Origin: a virus
Taxonomy: Duplodnaviria; Caudoviricetes
Length of the DNA stretch: 64,000 nt
IMG/VR virus record: IMGVR_UViG_3300025314_000014
Coordinates: 4,371-68,370 of that record
Strand: one strand, 5' to 3'
This document shows positions 9,142 through 19,900 of the stretch, one piece after another. Positions within the stretch are counted from its first letter, which is position 1. Every line of letters begins with the position of its first letter. A program made the translations under genes and the position numbers. Below the pieces are notes generated by a model. The model made no database searches. It had not been told where the DNA came from and saw nothing but the letters and a program-made list of their open reading frames with translations.

Positions 9142-10994
9142 TATGCCCTTTCCCTCATTCCAGGTGGAAACGCTCCTGCTGCCTCCGGCGGTTGTCTCGA
9201 CTGACCCGCACGAGTGTAACCTCCAGCAGCCTGAGCAGCCTCACCAGTTGGAGAACGACCATTACCCTTCAAGGCTGCCATTAGCTCTTGGACGCCTCCT
9301 GGACCTCCTCTTGGAGCCAAGGAGTTGCTACTAATAGGCTGACCATCTGGACCTACAAGGCCAGCCTCAGGAGGTGGAAGTATTCCCACTGTCTCCAAGA
9401 CATCCTTATAGAGACTAGGCTTGAGAAGCTCCTGTAGGTCCTCCTTCATCCTCTCGTATTCAATCTCCTCTGGCTGCTCCAATCTCATCCCACTCTCAAG
9501 CACTATCCGACGAGGGATATGGCCGCGAGCGTGCATCCTGTCATAGAACTGACCCTCAGCGATGATGTTCTGTGGGAGCATAGGGTCAACTTCGACTGTA
9601 ATAACAGCAGGAAACTCTTTAATATCCTTAGGAGATAGAGAAAGGTCATCAATCCAAATTTCCTGACGGGCACTCCTAACAAGCTCTGACTCTAACCACC
9701 TTACTAACTCTGCAAGGGCTAGTTCATAGGAGTCCACAAGATATTGGAATTGGCTACGAGCCATCAGGTATAGAGAGTTGTCACGGTATCCAGAGCCTAC
9801 TGCCCCAGGTGGAACACCCTTGAATATAGGTGAAACTCCGTGCTGACCCATGAGCCGAAGCATTAGCTCAATAAAAGGAAGAGCAGCAAAGGCATTCTCA
9901 GCACCTGCAAATGGGTCTTGAATCTTAGCACCAGCAGGAAGTGCCTCAGCCTGGTCACCCTTGAACTTCCAGGTTCGAGGAACGAGGTTATTATCCTCTC
10001 CCGTCTCGAAACCCTCAGTGGAGCCCTCTGGAAGCTCTATGGTGAGGCGCTTGCGAACAACAATCTCCACTGCCTCAGCAACCCTTGTAAGAGCACGATT
10101 AATAATGGGCTCATTATGGCGGAATATCTCTGCTACAGAGATGCCATACTTGTCAGGGTCACGGCTAACCGTAGTCCGGCCTATTGCAACAAAGTAGTGA
10201 ACAGAGGGGTCTGCCTCCTCATACATCAGTTTCCCATTAATGTATATCTGATACCACTCCTTAGACCAGTATTCAGTTACTAAGGTCAGAGTCTCGGTGC
10301 TTGTACCATAGGGAAGAGGTTGTATCTCCTCAATTGGCATACCTGGGGTAGCAGAGACAATAGCACTAGAAGAGGGAGTCCCAAAGGCAGCCTCAGTCTC
10401 TCTCTTTGGACGCCAAGAGTGCTCCAAAGCCTCTACAATCTCATCTCCTGGACCGAGCCGATAGAAGAACGTAAGAGGGTGAACTGGGACAACCTTGAAT
10501 GGAGGCCCCCAGAAACGCTTTAGTGCTCTCTGGCGGTCATTGAACTCAGCATCAGTCTCCTTCACACCGTTGGTAATAAGACGTTTCCTATCAGTCTTAG
10601 GCCAAGGGTAGAAGGCAGCCTTAAGAATACCCATACCAAGACCAGCCTGACCGTCCACAGTCTCATTGAGCATCCGGCCTATTTTCTTGAGATAAGCGTT
10701 CCAGAACTTCTCACGCTTGGAGGAATTAGGCTGGGCAGTTGCAGAAGTCCTCAATGGAGCTACTCTAACCTGTGGAAGATTAGTTGTAAGAGATGCTTTA
10801 ACATTCTCGATTAGCTCAGATGCGGCACCAATACGTATTTCAAGCCCTGATGGACGCTCCTCATCAGAGAGCTTTACAGGGTCCTCTAGATGCCTAACAA
10901 GCTCAATCTCAGAGATACGCTTATGGAGACCCTCAAGATTCCTCTTTAGCTCATAGAGCAGCTTGGTTATATAGGTAGAATCAGGAGCTTCCAT
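9141..10994 (-). CDS. Portal protein A
   Basis: 617 aa downstream of TerL, helical, disordered C-terminal tail; similarity to the portal candidate of module B. Confidence 0.75.
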   Translation of the reverse strand: MEAPDSTYITKLLYELKRNLEGLHKRISEIELVRHLEDPVKLSDEERPSGLEIRIGAASELIENVKASLTTNLPQVRVAPLRTSATAQPNSSKREKFWNAYLKKIGRMLNETVDGQAGLGMGILKAAFYPWPKTDRKRLITNGVKETDAEFNDRQRALKRFWGPPFKVVPVHPLTFFYRLGPGDEIVEALEHSWRPKRETEAAFGTPSSSAIVSATPGMPIEEIQPLPYGTSTETLTLVTEYWSKEWYQIYINGKLMYEEADPSVHYFVAIGRTTVSRDPDKYGISVAEIFRHNEPIINRALTRVAEAVEIVVRKRLTIELPEGSTEGFETGEDNNLVPRTWKFKGDQAEALPAGAKIQDPFAGAENAFAALPFIELMLRLMGQHGVSPIFKGVPPGAVGSGYRDNSLYLMARSQFQYLVDSYELALAELVRWLESELVRSARQEIWIDDLSLSPKDIKEFPAVITVEVDPMLPQNIIAEGQFYDRMHARGHIPRRIVLESGMRLEQPEEIEYERMKEDLQELLKPSLYKDVLETVGILPPPEAGLVGPDGQPISSNSLAPRGGPGGVQELMAALKGNGRSPTGEAAQAAGGYTRAGQSRQPPEAAGAFPPGMRERA

Positions 10995-11166
10995 TAGAAC
11001 CTCGAATAGTCACAAAGTAAAAGTAACCAAGGAAGAGATACGCAAAGAAGGCTAGTCCTAAGAGAGGGACAACCTGTAGAGTTCCAAAAAAGAGAATCAT
11101 TCCTATCATCCAGCAGAGATTTCTTAGTCCTAAGCTCCTGTGCCACCACCGAGGTTGTATCTTCAC
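10981..11166 (-). CDS. Small membrane protein
   Basis: 61 aa, two hydrophobic segments, between terL and portal. Confidence 0.5.
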   Translation of the reverse strand: MKIQPRWWHRSLGLRNLCWMIGMILFFGTLQVVPLLGLAFFAYLFLGYFYFVTIRGSNGSS

Positions 11167-11169
11167 AGC

Positions 11170-12591
11170 CTAAAATCCCTTTATAGAAACGAACCGTCTG
11201 GGAGTAGAGTGGGCATCCGCCAGGATGCAAGCAAAGGCGAGCGCATCCAAGCGGTCATCATGCTTACCAAAGGGTACTGCACATAGCTCCGACTCAACTG
11301 AGACTCCATCAACAGTAGGCAAACCTTTCGGGAGCAGTAGCCTACCACTGGCAAACTCCGAAGAAAGATACATAGCACGGCCAACCTTATCGCGGTCGAG
11401 CCCTACTACCTTGTGCATTACCTGTCGACGAGTCCTATAGGGAATCTCTCTGAATGGGAGATTAAACCTTCGCTTCATGGATTGGAGTATATGGGCCTGG
11501 AAGCCTATGGTCTCTATACCAATCGCTCGAAGCCCTGCAGTTCTCTGTGCCCTCTTGACTATCTCTAACTCACCTTGGCTAACCTCACACCTAACTGCCG
11601 AGAGTTCCAGCACATACTTGATATTGCGCTGTATAGAGAGGCCCACAGAGGCAAATCCCCAGTAGTCGGAATAACTCTTTGCCGTAGCTGCAGGGTCAAT
11701 TCCCATAAAGATATGAAGAGGAGTATTGGGGATTGTGTCCTTATCCCAGTAATGAATCTCCTCACGGCGGATGATGTTGCCCTCAGCGGCCTCCGGCTGA
11801 CACATGAAGGTGAGCGCAAAGAGCATATCACCCTTGTCCTGGCGTTTGGCCTCAATCACTTCAGGAGTGAACCGAGTTGGGGAGAGGGTAGGCCCCCAAG
11901 GATAGTCCCCAGCAACAGGCATCACTATGATTGTGAATCCCATGTCCTCAAAGGTGGGAACCAGGTCTTCAACTCCCCATCGAGTTAGAAGGCCAACAAT
12001 CCTTCCACCTTCAAGAAGCCTATCAATAATTACTCCTCTAACCTTGCTCCTTTGAAGCTCCATTGTAGTAGGACTACGAACATCCTCTTGGTTGGTAGGG
12101 TCGTCGATGATGATAATGTCAAAGTGAAGGCCCTGATAGGGGCCATTCATGCCTGTGGCCATTAGAGTTGGCTCAGGGTCAGTAATGTCTCGCTTTACAT
12201 ACAGGACAGATTTAGTCCACTGTTTCTCAGAATCCTCTTGGACTCCAAAGGCTGACCTGTAGACATTATTAGACTTAATGGTTTGGCTGATAGCCATTAG
12301 CTGCTTCTCAGCCTGCTCACCAGCATTCATTAGCCAGAGGATTCTAACGTTACAATTATGCCCAATCGCCCTCTCCACAAAATGTCTAACAGTTGTAGAC
12401 TTAAAGGTATCAGGAGGACAAACGATAAGGGTCCTATGGAGAGTTTCTAAACCCTCAGCCCATGCCTCCTGATATAGCTCATATGTGTAGTGGTGGACAG
12501 CCTGAGCATAGGTTGCCTGGTCACCTATTTGAGCAGCCATGACCCTGGCAGCAAACTCCGAGTCAACCCCAGAGGGAGCCTCAACTACCAT
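11170..12591 (-). CDS. terL: Terminase large subunit A
   Basis: Deviant Walker A CPPDTFKST, Walker B IIIDDP, coupling motif TRW, nuclease GIDPA...IGIE...HDDRLDA. Confidence 0.9.
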   Translation of the reverse strand: MVVEAPSGVDSEFAARVMAAQIGDQATYAQAVHHYTYELYQEAWAEGLETLHRTLIVCPPDTFKSTTVRHFVERAIGHNCNVRILWLMNAGEQAEKQLMAISQTIKSNNVYRSAFGVQEDSEKQWTKSVLYVKRDITDPEPTLMATGMNGPYQGLHFDIIIIDDPTNQEDVRSPTTMELQRSKVRGVIIDRLLEGGRIVGLLTRWGVEDLVPTFEDMGFTIIVMPVAGDYPWGPTLSPTRFTPEVIEAKRQDKGDMLFALTFMCQPEAAEGNIIRREEIHYWDKDTIPNTPLHIFMGIDPAATAKSYSDYWGFASVGLSIQRNIKYVLELSAVRCEVSQGELEIVKRAQRTAGLRAIGIETIGFQAHILQSMKRRFNLPFREIPYRTRRQVMHKVVGLDRDKVGRAMYLSSEFASGRLLLPKGLPTVDGVSVESELCAVPFGKHDDRLDALAFACILADAHSTPRRFVSIKGF

Positions 12592-13261
12592 CAGACTCCA
12601 CCACAGAAGTCTCGATTAGTCCTTGCTCCTGTGCAAACTTTCCATTGGAGGTGAACCTATCCAGCAGCCTCCTAGCAGCAACCCTCTTAGCCTCCTCAGA
12701 TTCTACTTCCCTTCCGTCAACAATAAACACACCCTTCTCTACGTGAATAGGAGCACGTTCACCATGCTCAGGCTCCAATGCCTTCTCTAATGCGAGTAGG
12801 TCCGATGGCCCATAAAGCCTACGAATAACTTTGAGGTAGTCATACTCAGTCTCCGTAAGAGAGTTGAAGTTATAGGCCGCCCTGTATAGAATCTTAAAGT
12901 CACGGCGGAGAGCCAACCTAAAGTTCCTCATGAACTCCATACGCAGGATGTCTCTACTGAGAGAGTGCTGAAGGAAGCTGAGCTTAGGCCCCTCTAGCTC
13001 CTTGAACTCAGGGTCGTCACGTCTCCACTTGTTTACCGTATGTTGAGAAACCTCGGCCATAGTGCAGGCCTCACGGACTGAGAACCCACAGGCACGATAG
13101 CTCAAATAGGATGCCTTCCGAGGGTGATTAGATGCTGGCAATCTAGCTTGAAGCATCTCCTCCAGGTCATTCGGCTCTATGTCGAGAGTGCCGGACTCAA
13201 CCTGTTCAACCTCGTGTAGCTCCTGCTTGGGACCTATGACAAAGATTTGTTCAGATACCAT
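12581..13261 (-). CDS. terS: Terminase small subunit A (start revised to 13261)
   Basis: HTH (SVREACTMAEVSQHTVNKWRRDDPEF) upstream of and overlapping terL; ATG at 13261 follows a GAGGA SD downstream of a consensus promoter. Confidence 0.75.
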   Translation of the reverse strand: MVSEQIFVIGPKQELHEVEQVESGTLDIEPNDLEEMLQARLPASNHPRKASYLSYRACGFSVREACTMAEVSQHTVNKWRRDDPEFKELEGPKLSFLQHSLSRDILRMEFMRNFRLALRRDFKILYRAAYNFNSLTETEYDYLKVIRRLYGPSDLLALEKALEPEHGERAPIHVEKGVFIVDGREVESEEAKRVAARRLLDRFTSNGKFAQEQGLIETSVVESDGS

Positions 13262-13277
13262 TTGATTCCTCACCATC

Positions 13278-13306
13278 ATTATAACATAAGACAATAAGCT
13301 TGTCAA
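13278..13306 (-). promoter_or_regulatory. Sigma70-type promoter of morphogenesis operon A
   Basis: TTGACA-17-TATAAT with extended TGn. Confidence 0.85.
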
Positions 13307-13321
13307 GTGCACCGAGGGTAA

Positions 13322-13363
13322 TTTGAGTATATAGTTTGGTATAGTTGTGTGTTTGAGTATATA
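13322..13363. repeat. 12-bp direct repeat between divergent promoters
   Basis: TTTGAGTATATA at 13322-13333 and 13352-13363. Confidence 0.8.
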
Positions 13364-13375
13364 TAAGATTTGCAC

Positions 13376-13405
13376 TTGACAAAAACACACCACACTTGCT
13401 ATAAT
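13376..13405 (+). promoter_or_regulatory. Sigma70-type promoter of early/replication operon A
   Basis: TTGACA-18-TATAAT with extended TGn. Confidence 0.8.
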
Positions 13406-13432
13406 AATAGTGAATAACCAATAAGGAGAGCT

Positions 13433-13663
13433 ATGGAAATTGACCGCAAGGTATACACCGTCAAAGAGGTCGCTGCACAGTTAGGGATAAGTCCCGAATC
13501 CGTTTACAGGGCTGTACGAAGAGGTACGATACCGTCTGTATGGATAGGTGGACGTGTGCTTATTCCTATAGAGGCTTTTGAGAGGCTGCTGGAACCTATA
13601 AGAGCTTACCAGGAGAAAGAGAAGGCCTTTAGAGCGGGTGACGGCCAATCAGGTTCCATATGA
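13433..13663 (+). CDS. Excisionase-like (HTH_17) DNA-binding protein
   Basis: YTVKEVAAQLGISPESVYRAVRRGTIPSVWIGGRVLIP. Confidence 0.85.
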   Translation: MEIDRKVYTVKEVAAQLGISPESVYRAVRRGTIPSVWIGGRVLIPIEAFERLLEPIRAYQEKEKAFRAGDGQSGSI

Positions 13664-14766
13664 CCTCATATAAAGACATAGACAGGGTTTTCCGCGAAAC
13701 CTTCCTCATGGAAGACCCTTATGTGCTACCTGTAGTGCTCGCCACAGTTCTGTCCCACTATACAAAAGGAGACCCTATCTGGCTAATGCTCATTGCGGAG
13801 GCAGGTTCGGGAAAAACAGAGCTACTGAGTTCTTTGGAGGGTATACCACAGGTACAACCTCTAGATACCATCTCACCTAGGACCTTCCTCTCAGGATATG
13901 AACGTTCTGATAAGGGACAAACTAGCCTACTCAAGCGCCTTGGAAACCCCATATTTACAATAGAGGATTTCAGCACAGTTCTTTCCGAACATGCCCCTGA
14001 CCAGAGAAACATAATGGGGCAGTTACGAAAGATATATGATGGGAGATATGTTAAGGATGTAGGAAGCGAGAAGGAATCTATCACCTGGAGAGGAAAGGTC
14101 ACCCTTATTGCCGGCTGCACGCCCGCTATAGACGGTAAACAAGGAGGAATGGCAAGCCAGGAACTAGGAGAGCGCTTCCTAGACTATCGATACCATATTT
14201 CTAATCCTCTTGCTACAACAGAAGCAGCACTTCGACAGAATGGAACTGAGGCTGAAACAAGAAGGCAGAGAATGGAACTTGTAGGACAATTTGTTGAGGG
14301 CTATAACCTCAAGATGTTATTTCCCCAGATTCAGGGCCCTAAACTTCCACCTGATATTATGAAGAGATTGCCTGCTCTAGCAGATTATACCGCCCTATGT
14401 AGGTCAGAGGTGTCAAGAGAACCTTATACCCACGAAATAACCAGACTCCCTCAGAGGGAAACTGGAACACGATTGGTGAAGCAGCTAGGCAAACTCGGAG
14501 AGTCACTTCTACTTGTTGACCAATCCCTCAACATATGGTCAATCCTATACAAAGTTGCAATGGACAGTATTCCTCCTCTTCGCCTTGCAGTCCTCCAAGC
14601 CCTTACAGAGCCCAGGAAAACAAGCGAAACCGCAAGACTGCTGAGGTTGCCAAATGTGAGTGTCCTAAGGGTACTCCAGGACCTTGAAGCATTGGATGTT
14701 GTTGAGTCATCAGGAACCGAGGTAGGAGGATATGTTTGGAGGAGACTGCTGTGGATTGAAAATTAG
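13660..14766 (+). CDS. MCM-like AAA+ ATPase / putative replicative helicase with C-terminal winged helix
   Basis: Walker A AEAGSGKT, Walker B-like IEDFS, RKIYDG, GCTP, Arg-finger ERF, C-terminal wHTH. Confidence 0.65.
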   Translation: MTSYKDIDRVFRETFLMEDPYVLPVVLATVLSHYTKGDPIWLMLIAEAGSGKTELLSSLEGIPQVQPLDTISPRTFLSGYERSDKGQTSLLKRLGNPIFTIEDFSTVLSEHAPDQRNIMGQLRKIYDGRYVKDVGSEKESITWRGKVTLIAGCTPAIDGKQGGMASQELGERFLDYRYHISNPLATTEAALRQNGTEAETRRQRMELVGQFVEGYNLKMLFPQIQGPKLPPDIMKRLPALADYTALCRSEVSREPYTHEITRLPQRETGTRLVKQLGKLGESLLLVDQSLNIWSILYKVAMDSIPPLRLAVLQALTEPRKTSETARLLRLPNVSVLRVLQDLEALDVVESSGTEVGGYVWRRLLWIEN

Positions 14767-14822
14767 AACAGAATTAGAACGCATATCCCATCTTCTATAT
14801 TACACACATTACTATAGTAAGG

Positions 14823-15674
14823 GTGTCACCCCAAGTCTGGGATTCACCAACTGATAAGAAGATTATACACATGAGCAAACCCATCCGCTATCGTCGCTGT
14901 CCTGTCTGCCACACAACTATGCCTGCAAACCGCCTACTATATGTAGACACATTGGGTAAAAGAAACTGGAACCATATTGGTAGAGCCCTACGTCAGTGCC
15001 CTGAGTGTGGTAGCTCAGGTCCTACGTGTGACTTTCCTATTGTTCGTGATGGTGAGATGGCTAGTCTATTGCAGGAGTATGAGGAGTCCCTAGGAGGTTA
15101 ATTGTGGCTGATTGCAGCAAATCCTCTACTGGTGCTCACTACTGGATTATCTCAGGTCAGAATGGCGCTAAGGTTCCTGGCAAGTGCAAATACTGTGGAG
15201 AGGAGCGGCTATTTAAGAATACCTTTGAGCCGGAAGGAAATCCCACTATTGGAAAATACAGGTACCGCGACCCTATCAGCGAGAGAGCCAGAAGGGATTA
15301 CGGATGATTGCAGGCTATCTCAGGCGCCTCAATAGGAAGTGCTCTGTTTGCGGTTCTAGGCTTTACCTCCCAGATATTACATTCTGGATTTGCCTTAGAT
15401 GCTATTTGGAGGCCTAATGGTCCTATATTGCGCTCACCACTTTACAGCCCCATTTGTTCGCGTTACTGAGGTCAAATGTCCTAGTTGTGGACTGCTCTGG
15501 ACTTATACCTGTGACTCATGTGGCTTCCAACGTAGTGTTCCCTTTGTAGCCTCAGTGATGGATTATGTAACTATCTCGAAGACAGACGAGTCTGACCACC
15601 TCTGTGGGTGTGGGGAGCCTGTGTTAATTGCCTCTGAGCCAACTGTTGAGGTTCTTTTCCCCCAATTTTCCTAA
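14823..15674 (+). other. Three small Cys-rich (zinc-ribbon) ORFs
   Basis: ORFs 14823..15101, 15104..15307 and 15399..15674 with CxxC pairs. Confidence 0.55.
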
Positions 15675-15903
15675 AAATATGGTTAGAAGGCAGAAAGCAA
15701 AGGAATGACTGTCGCGCGTAGGGGCATAGCTTAGGCCACACTTGCGCAATTCGGCTGTAGGATGGTTCTCATTGGTGGTGCTGTAATGGGCCAATGGTTT
15801 ACCCCAGAAAAGAAAATGGAGGCCTCTGTTGGGCCACACAATGCGTCTGGTGTCATGTGAGATGGTTGCCAGCACTGAGGATGACACCAATGGTTACCAA
15901 AGG

Positions 15904-15951
15904 AAAAAGAAAGCCCCCCATCAGTGGCCGGGCATTCACGATGGAGGGCTT
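15904..15951 (-). terminator. Rho-independent terminator of the moron-like gene
   Basis: AAGCCCTCCATC...GATGGGGGGCTT followed by TCTTTTT on the minus strand. Confidence 0.7.
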
Positions 15952-15973
15952 ATCGCTCTATTGGGAGTGTGGT

Positions 15974-16642
15974 CTAGCCGCTTACAGTGTGGCCGGCAGT
16001 CGCCAGCTTGCTAATGATACTGGCGCGATTCAATGGGCCGGAGTCTGGGAAGAACACTTTGCAGGCAGCGCTGGCGCTGGGGTATTCCGTCCCGTTGACA
16101 GTCAGTGGAACGGACTTCGCGCCACCACGACCTGCGCCACCACGCTTGACGCCTTTGGGCGCAGTCGGGATGTTCGGGCCCTGCCACTTAGCGGGCGAGA
16201 TGACCAGTTCTGGCGTCCCGATACCACTAGCCGCCGACGTGAAACCAGTAACGTTGAACTTCTTCAGCACATCGGAGCAGGCACTAAGCGCATCCCGAAT
16301 GGCACTGGCAATGAGTGTACCAGCTTCGCGCAGTTCAGCCGTGGTGACTTCCCATTCGGCAACCTGGATGCGCTTCCGAGCCACGTCGATACTGGCGTTC
16401 ACGGTGTCAACGGCTTTCTGGGCATCGCGCACGTAGCCTGCCATCTCTAGCAGTTCATCAACGCTTGCTGACTTCTGGGCTTTGCCGAATGTGGACTTAG
16501 CACTGTCCAAGTCGCGCTGTGCCTGAGCCAAATCGCCAGTGGTAAGCCGCTCGACTTGGGCGTTCAGGTCTTCCACTGTTGGGGGAACCGACCCAGCAGC
16601 TTTGAGTCCAGCGTTTCGGTCTTTTTCCAGTTCTGTGACCAT
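15974..16642 (-). CDS. Coiled-coil protein with putative C-terminal DNA-binding domain (start revised to 16642)
   Basis: AAAGGAG SD before ATG at 16642; coiled coil, KRGGAGRGG linker, VNGTEYPSASAACK (NUMOD1/RAMA-like motif). Confidence 0.65.
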   Translation of the reverse strand: MVTELEKDRNAGLKAAGSVPPTVEDLNAQVERLTTGDLAQAQRDLDSAKSTFGKAQKSASVDELLEMAGYVRDAQKAVDTVNASIDVARKRIQVAEWEVTTAELREAGTLIASAIRDALSACSDVLKKFNVTGFTSAASGIGTPELVISPAKWQGPNIPTAPKGVKRGGAGRGGAKSVPLTVNGTEYPSASAACKVFFPDSGPLNRASIISKLATAGHTVSG

Positions 16643-16692
16643 TCGATTATCTCCTTTCAATGGTCTGATTTTGCTGCCCGACCACTACATTC

Positions 16693-16720
16693 AATATACC
16701 ATGACCCTGCACAATGTCAA
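16693..16720 (-). promoter_or_regulatory. Promoter of the moron-like gene
   Basis: TTGACA-16-TATATT with TGn. Confidence 0.55.
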
Positions 16721-16882
16721 TAGCCTGGTTGTGAAGATTTCAATATTACACGGTAACGTGTAGTGGAGAATTGATTAGGCTAATTAGCAGTTCTTGGGCT
16801 GGCAGGAATTGTTTAGCTGTATAAGCTAATGCACATCATACAACTAGCACACAAGTTCTATGCCCAAGTTGACATAACTAGC

Positions 16883-16911
16883 TTGACAACGCCAAGCATC
16901 CTATGTATAAT
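16883..16911 (+). promoter_or_regulatory. Sigma70-type early promoter
   Basis: TTGACA-17-TATAAT. Confidence 0.85.
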
Positions 16912-16922
16912 GGATAGGACAG

Positions 16923-19900
16923 ATGGGGAGCAGAGCCATAGAGGAGATACAGGCCATCATGGGTAAGGTTCTACCGTTTAAGAGAGTGAGCGACCCCGCT
17001 CTGGTTTGCAGGGACTGCGGGCAACCGACAAGAGGAACGAGAATCCTCTGTGCCGGCTGCATATTCGGACGTATGGGAGAGAGTGCAGCCAGGGAGATGA
17101 GTGCTGACGAGGAAGGGCATCCTTCAAGTCCGTAGGCATGGTAGCTACCATGTGAGCGGACAGCCACGGGGTGCAGGCGTGTCAACAACATGTTTCGCCT
17201 GCAATGCATCGAAGTTGACCGATGCCTTCCCCCGCCAGCACTTGAGGAAGGGGAGCAGATGGACAAGCTAGTTGACGAGGACGGTGAATATTGCCGCCTA
17301 ACGAGGAATGAACGGAGGGTGCTCCAACGTGAACTGAACATGATGGGCTATCGCTACCTAGGTGGTGAGAAGCCTTCTCTAAAGGAACGACGGCGTATCA
17401 GGGAAATCCAGGCACTCCTCAGTTCTGACGTGGGGATGTGGGAACGCATTAGCAGAGCGCGTTAGAGCCTCTGAGCACTTAGAGAGGAAAGGAGGTGATA
17501 CAGATGGCAACTCCAGCCGAACGCAAGCTCATAGAGGACTGGCTAGACGAGGAAAGCCAGAGCCTCGATACACAGCCTGGTCAGACGGCGCTAAAGATGG
17601 CACTGTTTAGTGCCATTGACGATGATGGGGATTGGCTGTATAACCAGCTAGGCAGGACGGCCAAGCGAATCGACCCGCGACTGTTCGAGCCAGACCGCTA
17701 GCACCTCAGTGAGGAGAGGAGGTGATTACAAATGGAAATGCCTGACGACAATATCCTAGAGAAGATTCGTGCGTTACTCCGACTGGCGAATGACCATGCG
17801 GCTACAGAGGCCGAGGCATCACTGGCAATGGAGCGAGCGCAGGCATTACTCCTCAAGCATAACCTCGATATGTTGGATGTCAAGCTGGACGAGGATAACT
17901 TCTCATTTGAGGTTCTAGATGAGGAGTTCAACATCGGACGGGCTGACTGGAGGAGCACTCTGCTAGGTGTAATAGCTAGGCAGAACTTCTGCCGTGTCAT
18001 TACCCATAGGGCATTTGGTCGGCATCCTAGCATCATTGGTAGGAAATACAACATTGAGGTTGTGCAGGAGCTATCGCTGTGGCTCGCAGGCCAGCTTGAC
18101 ACCCTGGTCATGGCCGACATCAATGCGCGAGAGTTCCTAGGTGAGACCGTTGACCGCACCTGGAAGGATTCATTCCTCTATGGCGCGATTAACCGAATCA
18201 AGGAGCGGCTTATCGAGGTTAGCTCACAGAACAATGGGCAGACACAGGCTCTTGTGGTGTGCCTGGATGAGGAAAACGATGCCTTCATCAAGCAGGCATA
18301 TCCCAATCTAGGACATGGTAGGACATACTCCATCGATGCAAGGGCTTACCAGGCTGGTGTGTCTGCAGGTAACACAGTGTCAGTCCTACCAAGCCGGCGA
18401 CAAGTCAGATAGGATAGGAGATAATGATAACAGGTGAAATGATAGATGAGGCTCTAGCAAAGTCGCCCGTTAAAGAGGGCAGTAGGGTCAGAGTTGACGG
18501 AGTTGAGGGGATAGTCCTCTATGTGTATTATAATGGGTATGCGCTAGTGGAGTTCCCTGACACCCCTATCACTGGTGGCATCCTCAACAATAATAGCACC
18601 TACAAATGGAACAGATTGGAGGTGATTACAAATGCCTAAGGCACTAGAGCAATACCTACTCAGGAAGTTGGCCTGGATGAACATCGGGCCGGAAGAGGTT
18701 ACTCTCCTCGAGGTCAGGAAACATTCGGTTGTGATGCTCTTTGAGCGCCGCGATGTGACGGCCAAGAGGATAGTGTTTCACATTGAAGGATAGGAGGACG
18801 AAGTGAGCACAGTCATTCAGGATGACGAGTATGAGGACAGGGAATCGGCAGACATAGTGGCCTCAGGCTATGAGACTGCCTGCCCTAATTGTGACCATCT
18901 TGTTCAACTGATAGAGGTGCCTCGATATGGGTACTCTATCGTTTGCATCTGTGGTTACACCTTCAAGACAAGCCTGCCAGAGCACGCCTATGCCTGACGT
19001 AAGCATCGAAATCCTGCAAGTGTATGGCCACAGTCACAACAGGCCAATTGCTCCCATACAGGCGCGAGGTAGAGTTCAGGGTGAGTCTGAGGCCTACAAT
19101 ATAGTAGCCCGAAGGATTCTAGAGGTTCCTAGGGCTATTCTAGTCCGCCGTTCCTCATGGGCTGCACGTTATGGGGATGGTGGCGACCTACCATTCTAAC
19201 CATGCCTGACCTATCCCACCACGACCTCACCGTAACCATACGCCACCTGCGGTCTCAGCCTGTAGATGACCTATGTGACCTGCGAGCCGAGCTATGGTGG
19301 TTCACAGCGGAGTATCTAGGTGACATCTGCTGTCTACCAGGATGGGGAGACCTTACGAGGAGTGCAGCACAGACAGCGGCCCACGCCAATGGTAACCTTC
19401 CAGAATACTGGAATGAATAGGAGGACATAAAATGGAACGGACTGAGCTAACCTTTACATTCGAGCGTTCCACTAAGAACACTCAGAGGTATCAGGAAGTA
19501 GCCGAGTACGACCCGCCTGCTGTTGGTACACTCTATATCCATAAGTCAGTTGCAGGCAGCAATCCTCCTCAGACATTGAGGGTAGTGATTGAGGTAGTGT
19601 AGCTATGAAACCCCTACAATTCTGTATTTGTGGTCACACCAAGGTATCGCACATGAATCATAGAGACATTGCACCTTATGAACCATACCTCGGTTGGTGC
19701 GTAACGGAAAAATGCCCCTGCAAAAAGTGGATACCAGATGAATGAGCCAACCTCTGAGCTAAGTCAGTACCACAGGCAAACCTGTCGGTGTACCCACAGT
19801 AGGGGCCTACACTCCAAAGTCATAGGGATGAAGGAGCGAAACGGGGCCTGCTGTGCTCACTTTCCTGACAGGTGTGCCTGTATCAGATTTCACATGGGAG

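Noticed and set aside
13433-13663. Evidence of an integrated prophage with att sites
   Set aside because: No integrase, host genes or att-like repeat seen in the window; HTH_17 proteins are often simple regulators.
15675-15900. Possible tRNA/ncRNA in non-coding gaps (also 56010-56450)
   Set aside because: No cloverleaf or T-loop consensus found; only short hairpins such as ATACCCC-CAG-GGGGTAT near 56215-56231.
15794-16450. 218-aa plus-strand ORF and similar overlapping ORFs in the track (e.g. 36312..36947, 49531..50016, 59022..59516)
   Set aside because: Antisense shadows of better-supported genes that have SDs, promoters or recognisable motifs.
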